Part shown: positions 26,734-40,971 of the stretch, in pieces | Position numbering within the stretch: the first letter of the stretch is position 1 | How the letters are laid out: every line of letters begins with the position of its first letter | NCBI GenBank assembly: GCA_951406725.2 | Contig: OX597840.1 | Location: 3,224,001-3,288,000, forward strand | Source: Octopus vulgaris | Taxonomy: Eukaryota | Direction of reading: 5' to 3' | DNA length: 64,000 bases | Translations under genes and position numbers: made by a program | Notes under the pieces: model-generated | Told to the model about the DNA's origin: nothing | The model's input: only the letters and a program-made list of their open reading frames with translations | Databases searched by the model: none

Positions 26734-27009
26734 CCAAGATTCCAGGCGGTGACCTGGATAACAACAAAAAAGCAACAACAACAATAATAATAATAATATA
26801 GGGAGCTGGGTGAAGGTTTAGAACGTCGGGAAAGAAAATAAATTAGCTTTATTGGTCCCGACTCTAACCGTTTTGTGGTCACCTTTGCTACATATCCTTT
26901 CGGGGTCGACAAAATAAAGCACGAGTCAAGTCCTTTGACTGAATAATCCACACCCTTCCAAGTTGCTGCCATGTTCCTGAATCTGAAACCATTCTTATAA
27001 TTCTAAACA

Positions 27010-27328
27010 TCATCATCTTCTTCTTCTTCTTCTTCTTCTTCTTCTTCTTCTTCTTCTTCTTCTTCTTCTTCTACTACTACTACTTCTCCTTCTTCTTTTA
27101 AAACTTACTTCTTCTTCTTCTTCTTCTTCTACTATTACTACTTCTCCTTCTTCTTTTAAAACTTACTTCTTCTTCTTCTTCTTCTACTACTACTACTTCT
27201 TCTTTTCTTCTACTACTACTATTTCTTTTTCTTCTACTACTACTTCTTCTTCTTCTTCTTCTTCTACTACTACTACTACTACTACTACTATTTCTTTTTC
27301 TTCTACTTCTCTACTTCTTCTTCATCTT

Positions 27329-27364
<36 letters not shown>

Positions 27365-27619
27365 TTACTATTTCTTTTTCTTCTATTTCACTACCTCTTC
27401 TTCACCTTCTTCTACTACTACTACAACTACTTCTTTTCTTCTTCTTCTTCATCTTCTACTACTACTACTACTACTACTATTTCTTTTTCTTCTACTTCAC
27501 TACTTCTTCTTCACCTTCTACTACTACTACTACTACTTCTTTTTCTTCTTCACCTTCTACTACTACTACTACTACTACTATTTCTTTTCCTTCTACTTCC
27601 TCTACTTCTTCTTCATCTT

Positions 27620-27664
<45 letters not shown>

Positions 27665-27747
27665 TTTCTTTTTCTTCTACTTCACTACTTCTTCTTCACC
27701 TTCTTCTACTACTGCTACTACTTCTTTTTCTTCTTCTTCTTCATCTT

Positions 27748-27789
<42 letters not shown>

Positions 27790-27897
27790 TTTCTTTTTCT
27801 TCTACTTCTCTTACTTCTTCTTCACCCTCTTCTTCTTCATCTTCTACTACTACTATTTCTTTTTCTTCTACTTCTCTTACTTCTTCTTCACCTTCTT

Positions 27898-27929
<32 letters not shown>

Positions 27930-28130
27930 TTTTCTTCTTCTACTACTACTTCTACTACTAATACTACTACTAATACTACTTCTTCTACTTCTTCTACTTC
28001 TTCTCCTCCTCCTCCTCCTCCTCCTTCTTCACCATAATCATCACCATCCTCATCCTCACCGTCGTCGTCGTCATCGTCATTATCGTCATCAAAATCATCA
28101 TCATCGTCGCCGTTGTCGTTGTCATTGTCA
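27010..28130. repeat. (CTT)n/(CTA)n compound microsatellite with higher-order repeats
   Basis: Direct reading; recurring 'ctatttctttttcttctacttc'. Confidence 0.92.
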
Positions 28131-28690
28131 TCAAGGCTGCCGCGAGCGGGCAGAATCAACTCGTCACATTCTGACTCGAATACATAGTGGGGTCACCAAT
28201 ATCTTTCATCCCTTCGACTTCGATAAAATAATGAACCATTACAGGGGTTAGCGCACTTCGCTAAACTCCTCCTTGCGAAACTCCTGGCATTCTGCCTAAA
28301 TCAGAACAAATTATCACTAATTGATATTTTAATTTTACCTTGCTTTTCTTCTTCTTTTTCTTCTTCTTCTGCACTTTTTATTCCACTACAGCAATATATT
28401 TCTTCTTTACACATGTTGTTGTTGTTGATTTAGTTGTTGTTGTTGTTGCTGTTCTCTTATTTCTTCATTTTAAGACATCTTATTTTTTTTTCATCCTTTT
28501 TACTCCTCCTACTTTTCTTTCCTTCTTTCTTCCACTTCACCACACTCCCTACTTTCCCATCATCACATTACTTCGTTTCATCTAATAATTAAGTTTCTCT
28601 AGCATATATATATATATACATACACACACATATATATAAATAATACATACATATACATATATATATAAATATACATATATATATTCGTAC

Positions 28691-28734
<44 letters not shown>

Positions 28735-28973
28735 TGTCTATCGCCCATTTCTATGTACATTATTTATTGGAGTAGTGCACTTCTCAATGTCATATTGTCA
28801 TTTACCCATCCTCAGCCTTTTCCCTCCCTTCTCTCTTTTCCCCTCCCCCTCCCCCTCTCTCTCTTTCTTTGCCTCTCTCTCTCTACCTATCTATCAGACT
28901 CTATCTTTTATCCGCATCTTTCTATACATACATACTTACAAGCATATATAGTTATAAATATAAACATACACAA

Positions 28974-29146
<173 letters not shown>

Positions 29147-29712
29147 TGCTCTATTTGTATGGTTTTCCTTTCTTTTACATTGTTACGCTATATTTTCAAA
29201 ATGGCTTCATTTTCTGTTCTTTTTTTTCCCCTCCTTTTTGTTCGTTTCCCCAAATCCTCTTCTTTCTCTCCTTTTCTTGTTACATTACATTATTTTAAAT
29301 TTCTTTTTAGCTTCTTTTTCATTTCTGAAATTTCTTCATCTCTCCCTTTGTTTCTCTTTCTTCCGTTTTTATGTTACCGTTCTTGTTCTTCTTGTTGTTG
29401 TTGTTGCTGTTATTGTTGCTAACATTATTGTTGTTGTTTTTTTATGTTAATTTATTATTTGTTTATTAGTTTGCTTTTATTGTTGTCTTCTTATCTATCA
29501 ATTAAAACACTACGTTATTTAGCAATATTAAGTTAATAGCATTCTCTGAACACAGGAAACTAACAAGACAAATGAAAAGCTATTAATGTATTTTTCTTTT
29601 TTTTTTCGTTGTTGATTTACAGTTTATTTTGTTTTATCTCATTTTTATGTATACGTTTTCTTTTGTTTCAACGTCGGATACTGCTGCTGCTGCTGCTGCT
29701 GCTACTGCTTCA

Positions 29713-29778
<66 letters not shown>

Positions 29779-29940
29779 GAGCTGGCAGAAACGTTAGCAC
29801 ACCGGGCGAAATGCTTAGCGGTATATCATCTGTCTTTACGTTCTGAGTTCAAATTCCAGCGGGGCCGACTTTCAGGATCGTTAAATTAAGTACCAGTTGC
29901 ATACTGGAGTCGATCTAAACGACTGGTCCCCTCCCCCAAT
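29779..29940 (+). mobile_element. SINE family B within (TTA)n
   Basis: 'gagctggcagaaacgttagcacaccgggcgaaatgc...gagttcaaattcc...taagtaccagttgc'. Confidence 0.9.
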
Positions 29941-29941
29941 C

Positions 29942-30094
<153 letters not shown>

Positions 30095-30141
30095 CATCAT
30101 CATCATCATTATTATTATTATTATCATTATTTATTATTATT

Positions 30142-30206
<65 letters not shown>

Positions 30207-30217
30207 CATCATCATCA

Positions 30218-30281
<64 letters not shown>

Positions 30282-30285
30282 CATT

Positions 30286-30491
30286 GAGTTGGCAGAAACG
30301 TTAGCACACCGGGCGAAGTACTTGGTGGTATTTCATTTATCTTTGCGTTCTGAGTTCAAATTCAGCCGAGATTGACTTGGCCTTTCATCCTTTCAGGGTC
30401 GATAAATTCAGTACCAGTTGCGTCCTGGAGTCGATCTAAATGACTGGCCCCTCCACCAATCTTTCGGGCCTTGTACCTAGACTAGAAAAGA

Positions 30492-30495
<4 letters not shown>
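30286..30495 (+). mobile_element. SINE family B within (TTA)n
   Basis: Second copy, about 500 bp downstream of the previous one. Confidence 0.9.
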
Positions 30496-30526
<31 letters not shown>

Positions 30527-30624
30527 TATTATTAGACCGATGGTTGTGGCAGTTATTATTAACGTCGTCATCATCCGTTTTCTACTTGCGGTTATAGTTG
30601 TTCGTGTTGGTGTTGACGACAGTT

Positions 30625-30717
30625 AACGTGATGGTGATGATGATGATGGTAGTGGTGGTGGTGGCGCTGGTGGTGGTGGTGGTGGTGGTGGTGGTGGCGG
30701 TGGTGATGGAGATGTTA

Positions 30718-30752
<35 letters not shown>

Positions 30753-30980
30753 AACGATGTTCAGGAGGAAGTGGTTGAGGAGGATCATGATAAAGATGAT
30801 AGTAGGAGTAGACATGTTAGCGATGATGATGATGATGAAAATTATGATGATGGTGATGATGATGATATTGGCGGACTAATTGTGCTGGTGTACTGGCAGG
30901 TGATATCATTAAGATAACGACGACGACAACGATGATGATGATGATGGTGGTGGTGGTGGTGGTGGTGGTGGTGGTGGTGG

Positions 30981-31011
<31 letters not shown>

Positions 31012-31270
31012 GATGATGATGATGGTGATGATAATGATGATAATGATGAGGATGATGATGATGACGTTGATGATGATGAGGATGATGATGATGATGATGA
31101 GGATGATGATGATGATGGTGGTGGTAGTAGTGGTGGTGGTGGTGGTGGTGATGATGATGATGATGATGATGACGTTGATGATGATGAGGATGATGATGAG
31201 GATGATGATGAGGATGATGAGGATGATGAGGATGATGAGGATGATGATGATGGTGGTGGTGGTGGTGGTA
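30625..31270. repeat. (GAT)n/(GGT)n compound microsatellite
   Basis: Direct reading. Confidence 0.93.
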
Positions 31271-31630
31271 TGCAAATGTCTACAACGAACGACAAAAATG
31301 GAAGCGGCGACTGTTTGCGATAATGTTTCAGTAATTGGTCGTGTAATGTCAACATAATTTCTTCATACTTCAACAATCTGATCTTGTCTCTCCAACATAC
31401 TACAAGAAAATTGGACAACTTTAAGTGTCGACGGACGATGTAGCTGCTGGAGAGAACCAGCTGCTACTGCAGCGTGGATATAGTGATGTGTATATGTACG
31501 TGTGTGTGTGTGTATATATATATATATACATATATATATATAAATACATACATACAAACACACACACACATATATATATATATATACATACATATAAATA
31601 TATATATATATATGTACATATATATAAGTA

Positions 31631-31669
<39 letters not shown>

Positions 31670-31786
31670 TGTGTGTGCATGTATATATATATATATATAT
31701 ATATCTAGAGAAACGGCTACTGCAGTGTGGATATATTTGTGTATATATACGTGTGTGTGTCTGTGTCTGTGTATGTATTACATATA

Positions 31787-31917
<131 letters not shown>

Positions 31918-32479
31918 GTATATTCACATATGCATGTGTGAGAAGGTGTTTATGAGTTTGTTTGTGTGTGAACATATTCAACTGTTACACATTGTTCATG
32001 TATCGAATTCAGCTTTCCCTACTTCAACAAATACGGTATTCTGGCATCCAGGAACTGCGTGGTGCCCAATTCCTTTAAAAGAGTGTTTGGTGTAAGTTTT
32101 CGTATATACATATACATACACACGCACATTCACAGACACATTTATGTTCACACGTACGCATACACACACACACGCATACAAGTACGCACATTCAGCCCCA
32201 CACGCAGATGTCATGTGTAAAATTTGTTGGAAAAAGGAGAAAGAACAAATGATAAATTTCGTCCGTGGAAATACACAGCAAAAGAAACAGCAAGCAAAGG
32301 AGTGAATACTGGAGCAGAATACACAAGAGGAAAAAATAGTAGAGATTCTCACGTTTATACTTAGCTAGCAAGCTAGCTAAGTATGTGTATCGGTTGTCAA
32401 GCGATGGTGGATGGGGACAAACGCAGACAGAAAGACACACACATACATAAATATATATGTATTTTTTTACATATGTGAG

Positions 32480-32664
32480 TACCACTGGCGATTTTTTTCC
32501 TCTGTCTTCCCCTTCTCGGGATCTTTCCTTCTCCTATGTTTCCGACGAAGAGCTCCGCTCGAAACGTTAAACCCTCCTTCTTCCCTTCTTTCCTGAGCGT
32601 CCAATAATACTTTATTTGTTCCACGTCCTTGCGTTGTTGTGTTTTTTTGTTTTCTTGTTTGGAT

Positions 32665-32668
<4 letters not shown>
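32480..32668 (+). mobile_element. Short repeat family E (~190 bp) with hammerhead-like motif, ending at (TA)n
   Basis: gttt-CCGACGA-a-gagctccgctc-GAAA-cg-TT-aaac at 32538-32572; homologous to 36205-36400 and 52957-53140. Confidence 0.75.
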
Positions 32669-32738
<70 letters not shown>

Positions 32739-32773
32739 CATATATATACATATATATACGTACATATATATAC

Positions 32774-32806
<33 letters not shown>

Positions 32807-33312
32807 CACGGCAGGCTTCTTTCAGTTTCCGTCTACCAAATCCACTCACAAGATTTGCCCAAAGTTCCACGTTGTTGAGAAGGCAGCTTCTTACCACATG
32901 GTCATGTCTGTAAGAGATTTACTTCACGGCCTTTGTTCCGAACTTCATCGTTCAATTCCTGCCAAGGTTAACTACTTTACACTACAAGCATCCCAAGTCA
33001 ACAACATAAAGTGCCAGTGATCTTATTGAATGGATGAGAAAAAAGGAGATATGCTATATTTACTTACAGACAGAGTTTAATGAGCTAATAATATTTCGGG
33101 AAACATTCCCTTTTTCAAATAGAAAGAACAAAATACTTGCAGAGATCGTAAAATTCGTTGTTATACACCTCAAAATTGCTACCATTGTGCCGAAATTAGG
33201 AACAAACCGTTGTCTTTGTACTTGTAACAAAGTTTTACTTTGTGCATATATGGGTGTGTATGTGAGTGTCTGTGTGTCTATGTGCTTGTTTGTGTTTGTG
33301 AGTGTGAACGTG

Positions 33313-33404
<92 letters not shown>

Positions 33405-33412
33405 TGTATCAT

Positions 33413-33484
<72 letters not shown>

Positions 33485-34086
33485 TGTATGTATGTATGTA
33501 TGTATGTATGTATGTAGTTAATTCATATTAGATTCGACGATTCGACTGCGTTCATGTCGTATTTGAAGTATTTCCGTTTAAAATGTTATTCTTTCTTAAT
33601 CAAATTTTATAACGTTAAAAACTGGTGAACGGCTCGCTGAATGCTTTGCTTTAAACGGGTAGATGAATGAGCGAATATTTGGACATAAACGCTTAAAGAA
33701 ATAAGACACATACACAAATACAGCTACTAGTGAAACCACTATTACTACTACCACCATTGCTATTAAAAATAATAATAAAAATAATAACAACAGCAACAAC
33801 AATAAGAATAATAATAATAATACTCAACACAAAAGAAATGGAAGACTAATTCTATTTTCGAAAGTTCCGTCTTTCAATATTTAACTCAAAGTAAAATGCT
33901 AAGTGAATTAAATCGAATAATATAAAATGATTGCAAAAATCTAACATTGAAGCGTTGTCATTTAGATATATATTTAGCCAGCTAAATTGGACAAAGCCGC
34001 CATACGAATAGTTGAAAAGAATAAATTGAAGAATAAACTTTAAAATCTAATTGCCTGGCCAAAGCCAAAATGATTATGTATGTATG

Positions 34087-34135
<49 letters not shown>

Positions 34136-34212
34136 ATATATATATAATGTGTATGAATATATATAATACGTATAAGTGTATGTATATATATTTATATAAG
34201 TTTATATAAGTT

Positions 34213-34262
<50 letters not shown>

Positions 34263-34320
34263 CATATATATATATATATAATACATATACGAATATACGC
34301 ACACACAGAGATATATATGT

Positions 34321-34360
<40 letters not shown>

Positions 34361-34507
34361 ATATATGAATGTGTATATGTATTTACATACATACAGAAAG
34401 CGAGAGACAGAGAGACAAACAGAGAAAATTTATATATGTATACATATACATACATATATACATACACACATACATATGTATGTATAGGTATATATGTATG
34501 CGCGTGC

Positions 34508-34587
<80 letters not shown>

Positions 34588-35004
34588 TATATATATGTAT
34601 ATGTATATGTATCCGTGTATGTATGTATTATGTAATTGTGTATAAAAAAAGGAGAATATGATTACAATAGACAGTTGTTAAAAATCTTCACATTGTTACC
34701 AATCGAATCAACTATCCTACTTACGATTCTGCAAACTACTTTTATAGACGCGGACAATGAGGTTGTCTTGTTCATTCACCTTCAATTGGCCATACGTCTA
34801 CCGCTGCAGAAATTGCGATCGACTACGCATTAACAAGATAAAGAACGTGATAATTCATCCTGTTACGGAAGCACAAACGTAACATGTCTTTACAACTTAA
34901 AAGGTGATGAGTTTGATGTGTATAAAAACGTAATCCACTCGTTACACCCGTCATTATTGTTTTATAGTCTCCCACCAATAGAACGACCAGTGTACTATTC
35001 TTCT

Positions 35005-35136
35005 TCTTCTTCCTCTTTTTCTTCCACTTCTTCTTCTTCCACTTCTTCTTTTTCTCCTTCTTCTTCTTCTTCTTCTTCTTCTTCTTCATTTCTCCTTCTT
35101 CTTCTGCTTCTTCTTCTATTTTTTCTTCTTCTTCTT

Positions 35137-35231
<95 letters not shown>

Positions 35232-35408
35232 TCTTCTTCTTTTTCTTCTTCTTCTTTCTCTTTTTCTCTTTCTTATTATTATTATCATTATTATTATTAC
35301 TATTTTTCTTGGATCGATGTAACCAACTTACGCTTCTTTCATATTGCTGGCCTTGTGCACAAATTTGAAACCATTATTATTATTATTATAATTATTATTA
35401 TTATTATT

Positions 35409-35494
<86 letters not shown>

Positions 35495-35735
35495 TATTAT
35501 TATTATTATTATCATTATTATTATTATTATTATTATTATTTATATTAGTAATTGTAGTAGTAGTAGTAGTTGTACTAGTAACATTAATTGTTGTTGTTGT
35601 TGTTTTCTGAGGTCAATGTTATCGACTTATCCCCAACACGAAATTGCTGGCCTTTTGCCAAATTTTAAAACCATCACCATCATCATCATCATCATCACCA
35701 TCATCATCACCATCATCACCATCATCATCATTAGT
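35005..35735. repeat. (CTT)n/(TTA)n/(CAT)n microsatellite mosaic
   Basis: Direct reading. Confidence 0.9.
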
Positions 35736-36204
35736 ATCACTATTACTTTGGTTATTCTTATTAGCGTGCTGCCGTTTTTGTTATCGCTATTACATACTCC
35801 AAAGCCATTTGGCACCGCTCACGTTCAAGGCTACACATTATCACTTCCATTCACCATTGCAATTCTTAACCACACCCTAACATCTGGCTCATTTCTTCCC
35901 CATCCTCTTCAACAAATTCTTGACCTTCGTAATTCGCTGCTCCATTTTGTTTTCCTTAGAATTTGTTAGTAAACAAACATACACAACTTTTCCATTCAAT
36001 ACTATTAACTTACACATTTTCATATCCTCTGCTTCCTTACTATCTCCTTCTGTGTATCCGTCTCTTTTTCTTTTTTCTCATTATTTCCTCTCAATCCCCA
36101 TCTCACCCCCGCGCTCTCCTCCTACCCTTGTTCTTTCTCCGTACGTTTTAAATCATTTCAAAATATCATTATTTGGTCTGACTTCATTATGACAACTCGT
36201 ATGT

Positions 36205-36398
36205 GACCGGGTGTGTACCGTTGGCGATTTTTTTCCTCCGTCTTCCCTTCTTTGGATCTTTCCTTTTCCTATGTTTCTGTCGAAGAGCTCCGCTCGAAAC
36301 GTTAAACCCACCTTCTTTCCTGAGCGTCCTATAATACTATACTTGTTCCACGTCCTCGCGTTGTCGTGTTTTCTCTTTGTGTTTTCATGTTTGGATTA

Positions 36399-36400
<2 letters not shown>
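36205..36400 (+). mobile_element. Short repeat family E copy
   Basis: gttt-CTGTCGA-a-gagctccgctc-GAAA-cg-TT-aaac at 36273-36307; ends 'tttggattaac' followed by (TA)n. Confidence 0.78.
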
Positions 36401-36458
<58 letters not shown>

Positions 36459-36460
<2 letters not shown>

Positions 36461-36707
36461 GGAGTAAACACATAAATGTGAAACAAGGTGGAAAAAAGAG
36501 TACTCAAATACCAGTGGTAGAGTAATATGCTTTATTTAAAGCAGCAGAAAATTCAACAAAACCTGTTACTCTGAGTTTCCCGTTGCCGTTCATCGGACAG
36601 TTTTTGCTAGAATCGGACAGTTTTTTCTAGCAAAAACTGCCCGATGAACGGCAACGGGAAACTCAGAGTAACAGGTTCTGTTGAATTTTCTGCTTCTTTA
36701 GATAATG
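36459..36707. mobile_element. Fold-back element (~80-bp arms) with a hammerhead-like motif in each arm, embedded in (TA)n
   Basis: 36532-36612 pairs with 36625-36705; motif ctgy-CCGATGA-acggcaacgg-GAAA-ctcagag-TA-acag at 36563-36600 (-) and 36637-36674 (+). Confidence 0.8.
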
Positions 36708-36950
36708 TATATATATATATAAATATATATATGGCACAGAAAGTGTGTCAATAGCCAGCTGGAGGAGATGTCCTCCTAGGGCTACAAGCTACAGTAGCAT
36801 CCACCTTTAAGAGTTAGCCACATCGAAGTGGCAAATATACTTCACGATGTGTTGCAGCTACTGTTTATACCTCGTTCAGATATTTATTATTGCTTATTTA
36901 CACTTTTTCGTGATCAGTGACTTTTCGTCACTGGAAAAAGGATGTATATA

Positions 36951-37332
36951 TCTCTCTATATATAAACGGCAGTTTGTCTGTGCGTGTTTCTGTGTGTCTG
37001 TTTGCTTGTACCTTCACCCTGACCACGGCTTTCAACCGATTCTGATGAAACTTGACACACACATAGCCCAATGTCATAATTCAAAACTAACGTAGCGAAA
37101 ATTTTGAAAAGTTCCCCCAGTTCTGAAAAAATCGATAAATTCGACATGGGGTCGAGAATCAGAAACACAAACCACAGACTGTCTAGGGGACGCAACTCCA
37201 CCTTTTTTCACTCTCAAAAAAAATTTACCATCATTTTTTTCCATTTTTTGCTATTTTTTGGCTATAACTCTCTAAAAATGCTTTATAGTTATTTCCCTTA
37301 CAAACCTGAGCAACGCCGGGCGATACTGCTAG
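36951..37332 (+). mobile_element. Non-autonomous Helitron (382 bp)
   Basis: A|TC start ('tctctctatatataaa'), subterminal GC-rich imperfect hairpin 'cctgagcaacgccggg', CTAG|T end, no TSD. Confidence 0.85.
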
Positions 37333-37395
37333 TATATATATATATATATATATATTTGCATCGGGAACCACTTCACATCGACAACCGGTGATTGT

Positions 37396-37440
37396 CACAA
37401 GCTGATGACGGGTCAATAATCAGAAACCCGGGTCCGTGTG
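37396..37440 (+). ncRNA. Putative minimal type I hammerhead ribozyme motif (GUC site)
   Basis: cacaag-CTGATGA-cgggtcaataatca-GAAA-cccggg-TC-cgtgtg: intact core, palindromic stem III, 5 of 6 bp in stem I, weak stem II. Confidence 0.6.
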
Positions 37441-37604
37441 TATCACGTCAGGCTGGAGATGGGACCGATGACTTCCCTTTGCAAATACTGATAGGGCACA
37501 GAAAGTGTTTCATTAGCCAGCTGGAGGAGGTGTCTTACTGGGGCTACAAGCTACAGTAGCAACCACGCTTAAGGGTTAGCCACATTGAAGTGGCAAATAC
37601 ATAT

Positions 37605-38220
37605 ATACGACGGGAGTCTTTCAGTTTCCGTCTACCAAATCGATTCACAAGGCTTTGATCGGCCCGAGGCTATAGTAGAAGACACTTGCCCAAGGTTCCA
37701 TGCAGTGGGAATGAACCCAGACCTATGTGGTTGGTAAGCAAGCTACTTACCACACAGCCACTCACATATATACGACGGACTTCTTTCAGTTTCTGTCTAC
37801 CAAATCCACTCGCAAGGCTTTGGTCAGCCCGAGGCTATAGTAGAAGACACTTGTCCAAGATTCCATGCAGTGGGAATGAACCCAGACCCACAGAGCCACT
37901 CACATATATACGACGGGCTTCTTTCAGTTTCTGTCTACTAAATCCACTCACAAGGCTTTGGTTGGCCTGAGGCTATAGTAGAAGACACTTGCCCAAGTTA
38001 CCACGCAGTGGGAATGAAGCCAGATCCATGTGGTTGGTAAGCAAGCTACTTACCACACAGCCACTATCATATATACGACAGGCATTCAATTTTCGTCTAC
38101 CAAATCCACTCACAAGGCTTTGGTCGGCCCGAGGCTATAGTAGAAGACACTTGCCCAAGTTGCCACGCAGTGGGAATGAACCCGGAACCACGTGGTTGGT
38201 AAGCAAGCTATTTACCACAC
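37605..38220 (-). repeat. Four tandem family-A SINE heads (~140-160 bp units)
   Basis: 'atatacgac' begins units at about 37603, 37768, 37906 and 38071. Confidence 0.9.
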
Positions 38221-39085
38221 ACACACACGTATGCACACACATAAACATACACACACGGAAAACAGTTTTAACGTTATTCATAATTAATACCGTATAGTGG
38301 ACGCTCAAATCCAACATGGTTGCCATCGCCTTTCAAACCTTATTCACAAATTTCTCTTTCTGCTTCCACACTTTGTTGAATATTGATGAGGAATTTTTCA
38401 TTCATGTGATTAATGTTTTGTATTAGTATTTTTGTTTCTTTTCCATATTTAATTTGTTTTTTTATTTGTCTTTAGTTTATTCTAGTACAATAAGTGTTTT
38501 CACTACCACTTCCTTACTTCTACTTCAGTATCTACCTCTCACCTCTCTCTCTTCATTCTTTGTGTCTCTTCCCCTCTGTGTAGCTCTCTGTTCCTCTCTC
38601 GCTTTCTCTTGCCCGCTTTGTACGTCATTTTCTTCGTCTCTCCCCTTCTTTCACTCATAACAATTTTATTCTCTCTTTGTCTATATCCCCCTCTCTTATT
38701 GTGTCTGTCTGACTCTCTCTTTCATTTTGTCCACCTCTCTCTTGTAATATTCTCTTGCCATTCTTTGGATCCTTCCCGCGCTCTCTGCTTCTCTTTCTTC
38801 CTATTTCTCTCTTCTCTCTCTACCCCTCTCTCTCTCTCTCTCTTTGAGCTTCTTTCTTCTCTTCGCCTCTTTCTTCCTCTTTCACATACCCTGTTCTATA
38901 TCACTGCATCCCATTCCACTTGCTCTCTCCCCCCTCTCTCTCTCTCTCTCTCACTTTCTCCTTCTTTCTTTATATTTTCTTTAATATACGTTTCTCTATC
39001 TCTCTGTCTGTTTCTCTCACTCTCTTATAGAAATATACCAGACTCCCCCTCTCTACATAACAGTATATTTTTCACGCACCAATGT

Positions 39086-39122
<37 letters not shown>

Positions 39123-39253
39123 GACTCAAAGCTCTAATATCTATTTCCTCTCTTTATTACTCTATTTATTTATCTATTTATACATCTCTCTGTCTCTCTA
39201 TCTTTTAGTCTCTCTGCTTCCCTCCCTCCCTCCCACCCACTCTCTCACTCTTT

Positions 39254-39286
<33 letters not shown>

Positions 39287-39416
39287 ATGTTGTAAGATTT
39301 TATTTCCCTTCTCGGCTTACAGTTTGTTTCTTACAGCATCTCACTATACGTCTCTCTCTCGTTCTGTCTGTCTGTCTCTCTCTTTTACCCTCTCTCCCTC
39401 TGCATCTCACTCTACA

Positions 39417-39477
<61 letters not shown>

Positions 39478-39640
39478 ATCTTACCCTAGTATATATCTCT
39501 ATCTCTCACTCTCTCTTACTGTTACCGAATATATCTCCATTCTTTCTCTCTGCCTCTCTTTTTCTCTTTGTCTTTCTTTCCCTGCCTCTGTCTCTCTTTC
39601 TCTCTCTGTCTGTCTTTCTCTCTCTGTCTCTCTTTCTCTT

Positions 39641-39684
<44 letters not shown>

Positions 39685-40367
39685 ACTCTCTCTCTGTCTC
39701 TCTCTTACTGTTACCCAAATATATATCTATCAATCACTTCCCCTCACTGTTACCGAATTTCTCTCTCTTTTTCTCACTGTCTCTCTTTTTCTCTCTGTTT
39801 CTCTTTATCTCTTTTTCTTTCTTACTCTGCCTCTGTCTCTCTGTCTCTCTTACTGTTACCCTAATATATATCTATCAACCACTTTCTCTCACTCTCTTAC
39901 TCTTACTGAATATCGCTCTCGTTCTTTCTCTGGGTTTCCCCATCTCTCTCATAATACACGTATAGTACGAACTCACTCTCCACCATACTCTTTCTCTCAC
40001 GCATATCTTTTTACGAACGTTCCCTTTCTCATTCCGACCTATCATCTCTTTGTAGAAACCTTATAGTTCTTAATGTACCAATAAAAATTTACCAAAAAAA
40101 AATACGAAAAAAACGCTTTATACAGTTATACGGAATCTTCTCCTGCTTCGTTCAGTTAGTTTCCATTACTAAACCTATAAACACTCATCTATGCCATGAT
40201 TAATCACATCATATATTCACTTAAGACTTCAATCTCCCCATTGCAGAAAACACACTGACACACACGAACACACACGAACACACACTCACAAATACACATG
40301 TAGCTATATATAAACATTGATATATATACATATGTAAAATTTACCGTGTGCATGTGTATATATATAG

Positions 40368-40438
<71 letters not shown>

Positions 40439-40448
40439 TATAGAATAC

Positions 40449-40551
<103 letters not shown>

Positions 40552-40567
40552 CATATATTTTTAGAAA

Positions 40568-40611
<44 letters not shown>

Positions 40612-40709
40612 GTAGATATATATATACATATATATATATATATACATACATATACATATACGTATGTATATGTATATGTGTGTATGTATATATGTATATA
40701 TATGTGTCT

Positions 40710-40740
<31 letters not shown>

Positions 40741-40936
40741 CGTGTGTATCTGTGTATGTGTGTGTGTGTGTGAGTGTGTGTGAGTGTGTGTGTGTGTGTA
40801 CGTATAGGTTGAATTTGTTTTCGCGTATGTTTTTCCTGTTTCCGCTAAGTATTTACTTGCTAACCCCACCAACATCTACGCTCCAAAATCTTCTTTTTTA
40901 AAAAAAATACCCTAAATCATCATCATCATCAAACAC

Positions 40937-40971
<35 letters not shown>

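Noticed and set aside
37042-37052. CTGATGAAAC as a hammerhead core
   Set aside because: No room for stem II; it is an internal Helitron motif.
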